Virus record (IMG/VR): IMGVR_UViG_3300050505_000109
Coordinates: 1 to 59,022 of that record
Length of the DNA stretch: 59,022 nucleotides
Reading direction: 5' to 3' (one strand)
Source of the DNA: a virus
Lineage: Duplodnaviria; Caudoviricetes
In this document: positions 56,993 through 59,022 of the stretch, piece after piece
Numbering within the stretch: position 1 is the first letter of the stretch
How the letters are laid out: the number at the start of each line of letters is the position of its first letter
Notes under the pieces: model-generated
Databases searched by the model: none
Seen by the model: only the letters and a program-made list of their open reading frames with translations
What the model was told of the DNA's origin: nothing
Made by a program: the position numbers and the translations under genes

Positions 56993-57325
56993 TCAGCGTC
57001 CTTCCATCCCTTGCACAATCGGATTCGCCTGGAGCACGAACCAATGTCGGGTGAGGTCAGCTTCGCAGCGAGGGCAGCTCACACGGAGGCGGCGGGCGAT
57101 GCTGTCGAGCCGGGCTGCCTCCTCGTCCGACGGTGCCATACGCCGGAGGACTGCGATCAGGCGGTAGAACTCACGCTGGGCGAACCGAGCGTCATTCCAG
57201 CTCATTGGGCCAAGCTTGACGGAGCCGTCGGCCCCGGCGGCGTTGAGGGCCTGGATGTATTCAGTGGGGAAGTCGCGCCAGTCTGTGCGGATAGGGCGGG
57301 CGCCGTCAGCGGCGAGATCAGTCAT
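56993..57325 (-). CDS. hypothetical protein, paralog of 54417..54932
   Basis: AAGGAG SD; shared motif. Confidence 0.7.
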   Translation of the reverse strand: MTDLAADGARPIRTDWRDFPTEYIQALNAAGADGSVKLGPMSWNDARFAQREFYRLIAVLRRMAPSDEEAARLDSIARRLRVSCPRCEADLTRHWFVLQANPIVQGMEGR

Positions 57326-57503
57326 GCTTCAGCTCTCCTTCGAGGTACTTAATCAGTACCTGGCAAGCGAAGCCTGCCATTAAGTTGATGGTGAGAGTAC
57401 GTTGGACTTCAGACAGCACTCGGGCAGCGGTAAAGCTTAGGTGTTGGTCTAAATATGGTGCGGCGTCAGAGATGATGATTGATTTCAGCTCGTCGGGGGT
57501 CAT
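57318..57503 (-). CDS. hypothetical protein
   Basis: 61 aa; coupled. Confidence 0.6.
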   Translation of the reverse strand: MTPDELKSIIISDAAPYLDQHLSFTAARVLSEVQRTLTINLMAGFACQVLIKYLEGELKHD

Positions 57504-57982
57504 TCTGCTGCTTCCTTATTGAGTAGGTCGGGTCGGCCGAAGGGAGTAGTAAGACCCCATCCATTTCCTCCCATTCCAATCCACTCTGCGCGGAACCACC
57601 CCTTCCCAAATAGATAGATGATTCCTGAGCTTATACCTAAATGCCAGCCGGCTTGAACTTCCCTATCATTGCAGAGGATATAAACTCCGTCGGCTTTAGT
57701 CAGAGCGGCGTAGGCTTTCACAGCGGCGAGTTCTTGTTTGCGTTGCTTGATGGCAGCGTTGCGACCAGCTTTGATCGCGGCGCGCTCTTTCTGCCACTCG
57801 CCGGTCTGGTCCTTGAAGCGTCGTTCGAGGCGAGCAATCTCTTTGTCGATGGCAGCAAGGCTCTTCTCGGCGGCCATGATGCGATGGAGGGCACGGTCCC
57901 GGTAGGCCAGGAGACGCTTGTAGCGCGCCCCTGGCTGGACTGGAGCCTTGCGGCGGCGTGGAGTGGGCCTGGAAGCTTGCAT
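57500..57982 (-). CDS. coiled-coil hypothetical protein
   Basis: AGGAG SD; 160 aa. Confidence 0.7.
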   Translation of the reverse strand: MQASRPTPRRRKAPVQPGARYKRLLAYRDRALHRIMAAEKSLAAIDKEIARLERRFKDQTGEWQKERAAIKAGRNAAIKQRKQELAAVKAYAALTKADGVYILCNDREVQAGWHLGISSGIIYLFGKGWFRAEWIGMGGNGWGLTTPFGRPDLLNKEAAE

Positions 57983-57988
57983 GGGCTC

Positions 57989-58888
57989 CTACTCGATCAG
58001 AGGGGCACGGAAGACCCATCGCTCGCCGCTGTCGTCTTTCGACGCCAGCTTGACGAGCCGATAGAGACTGAGCTGCTCGATCCGCCGGATCTCGACGAGG
58101 CACTTGTGCATGGCGTCGAGCGGAAGGCCGACGAGTTCGTCGACAGGAGCGGACTGGACCATTGGCGGTTTTGGTGTTGAAGGTGCCGGCCGACAATGAC
58201 CTCCTCTGCCTGTCCCAAGCGGCTGCAACTGGTCTGTTAGCAGCCTAACCATAACTTCATCGTCAACGATGAGGTATTCAGCCGGCGACGGTCCAAAGAC
58301 CGGGAGGTCTTCATAAAGCGCTAAGGGGCGGCTAGGCTCAACCTGCCACTGATTCTTGTACCAATGAATCATTGGCTCCTTGCGAGCTAGATTGGGATGG
58401 AGGCAGAGCTTCCAGCTGTCAGGGCTGAGCCGCTCGACAAGAAGGCCACGGCCTTTGAGTGCAGTGGCAGCCTTCAACGGGACGACAAACTTCACCCGGT
58501 CTTTATATCGAGCCATCTTGCCCATCAATGGCTTCGACGGCGGCTTTGCCATCAGAGTTGCTGTATCAGCAGGACTGGGATTGAGGGCTTGCAGCGGTGC
58601 GGCTGCTTGACTGAGGTCTGCTGTCATCTGTTCTAAGCTCCTTTTCTGCGCTGGCGGGCTGATTTCAGCCCGGTCTGGGGGAGTGCCGAGCAGCCTCCTC
58701 AAATCTTGTTGCTTCATGTGGACAAGATTGAGGTTGTCGGGACAGTCTCGTTGGAGTGTGGCGCTGAATCGCTTGTCGGCATAAGTGAAAACAAGCTTCG
58801 GGTGTGAGCCGCCACGATGAGTGATTGAGGCGTCGTGGATGCCGTAGGTGGTCGAGAGGTAGTCGAGGACTTGGGAGTGGTAGGTCAT
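57989..58888 (-). CDS. hypothetical protein, possible N-terminal HicA-like domain
   Basis: N-terminal ITHRGGSHPKLVFTY; 299 aa. Confidence 0.65.
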   Translation of the reverse strand: MTYHSQVLDYLSTTYGIHDASITHRGGSHPKLVFTYADKRFSATLQRDCPDNLNLVHMKQQDLRRLLGTPPDRAEISPPAQKRSLEQMTADLSQAAAPLQALNPSPADTATLMAKPPSKPLMGKMARYKDRVKFVVPLKAATALKGRGLLVERLSPDSWKLCLHPNLARKEPMIHWYKNQWQVEPSRPLALYEDLPVFGPSPAEYLIVDDEVMVRLLTDQLQPLGTGRGGHCRPAPSTPKPPMVQSAPVDELVGLPLDAMHKCLVEIRRIEQLSLYRLVKLASKDDSGERWVFRAPLIE

Positions 58889-59022
58889 GGGAGAGGTTCC
58901 ATTGAGAGGAGGTAGGAGCGCATCTTAGCGTAAGTATCTTCCCTGGCGGCGTAGGTGGCGGAGGCGGCGGAGGCGGCGGCGTAGGCGGCGTAGGCGGCGG
59001 CGTAGGCGGCGGAGGCGGCGGC
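58885..59022 (-). CDS. 3' part of the Ala-rich protein that starts at 412
   Basis: AAASAAYAAAYAAY...AREDTYAKMRSYLLSMEPLP*; TGA overlaps ATG 58888. Confidence 0.85.
   Translation of the reverse strand, partial: AAASAAYAAAYAAYAAASAASATYAAREDTYAKMRSYLLSMEPLP

Noticed and set aside
58945-59022. Direct terminal repeats at the window ends
   Set aside because: The ends are similar low-complexity codon repeats inside one gene, not an exact long duplication

Overview
The window looks like one essentially complete, circular, GC-rich dsDNA tailed-phage genome with podovirus-type architecture. The assembly breaks inside an Ala-rich repeat of a gene that runs from 412 off the left end and resumes at the right end. 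The plus-strand arm (about 6.5-41.3 kb) carries TerL, an LPD23 protein, portal, scaffold, major capsid, two paralogous head-tail adaptors, a tail nozzle, an atypical tRNA-Thr(UGU), a T7 gp13-like GNAT protein, three ejection-type proteins (one with a lambda-R-type lysozyme domain), fibre/spike-like proteins and a lysis region. The minus-strand arm carries a DUF3987 P-loop protein, DUF6378, a RecD/Dda-like helicase, a split PolA with an N-terminal UDG domain, a DUF669/AAA_24/PD-(D/E)XK recombination module, many small early genes and a MoxR-AAA/DUF3150/DUF2201-VWA cluster. I recognised no integrase, RNA polymerase, tape measure, primase or small terminase. The most unusual observations are: (1) three tail-fibre/spike-like proteins, plus one frameshifted small gene, with Sec-type signal peptides cleaving before Gln and paired cysteines; (2) a roughly 38-aa 'GxGY' beta module inserted into four virion genes; (3) a PolA split with an ORF between the halves; (4) a roughly 215-bp imperfect palindrome centred on (TA)8 between divergent promoters; (5) apparent genome-wide enrichment of CCGWCGG; (6) a 10-aa Arg-rich micro-ORF after the portal. 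All family calls come from recognising motifs by eye; no database searches were run.
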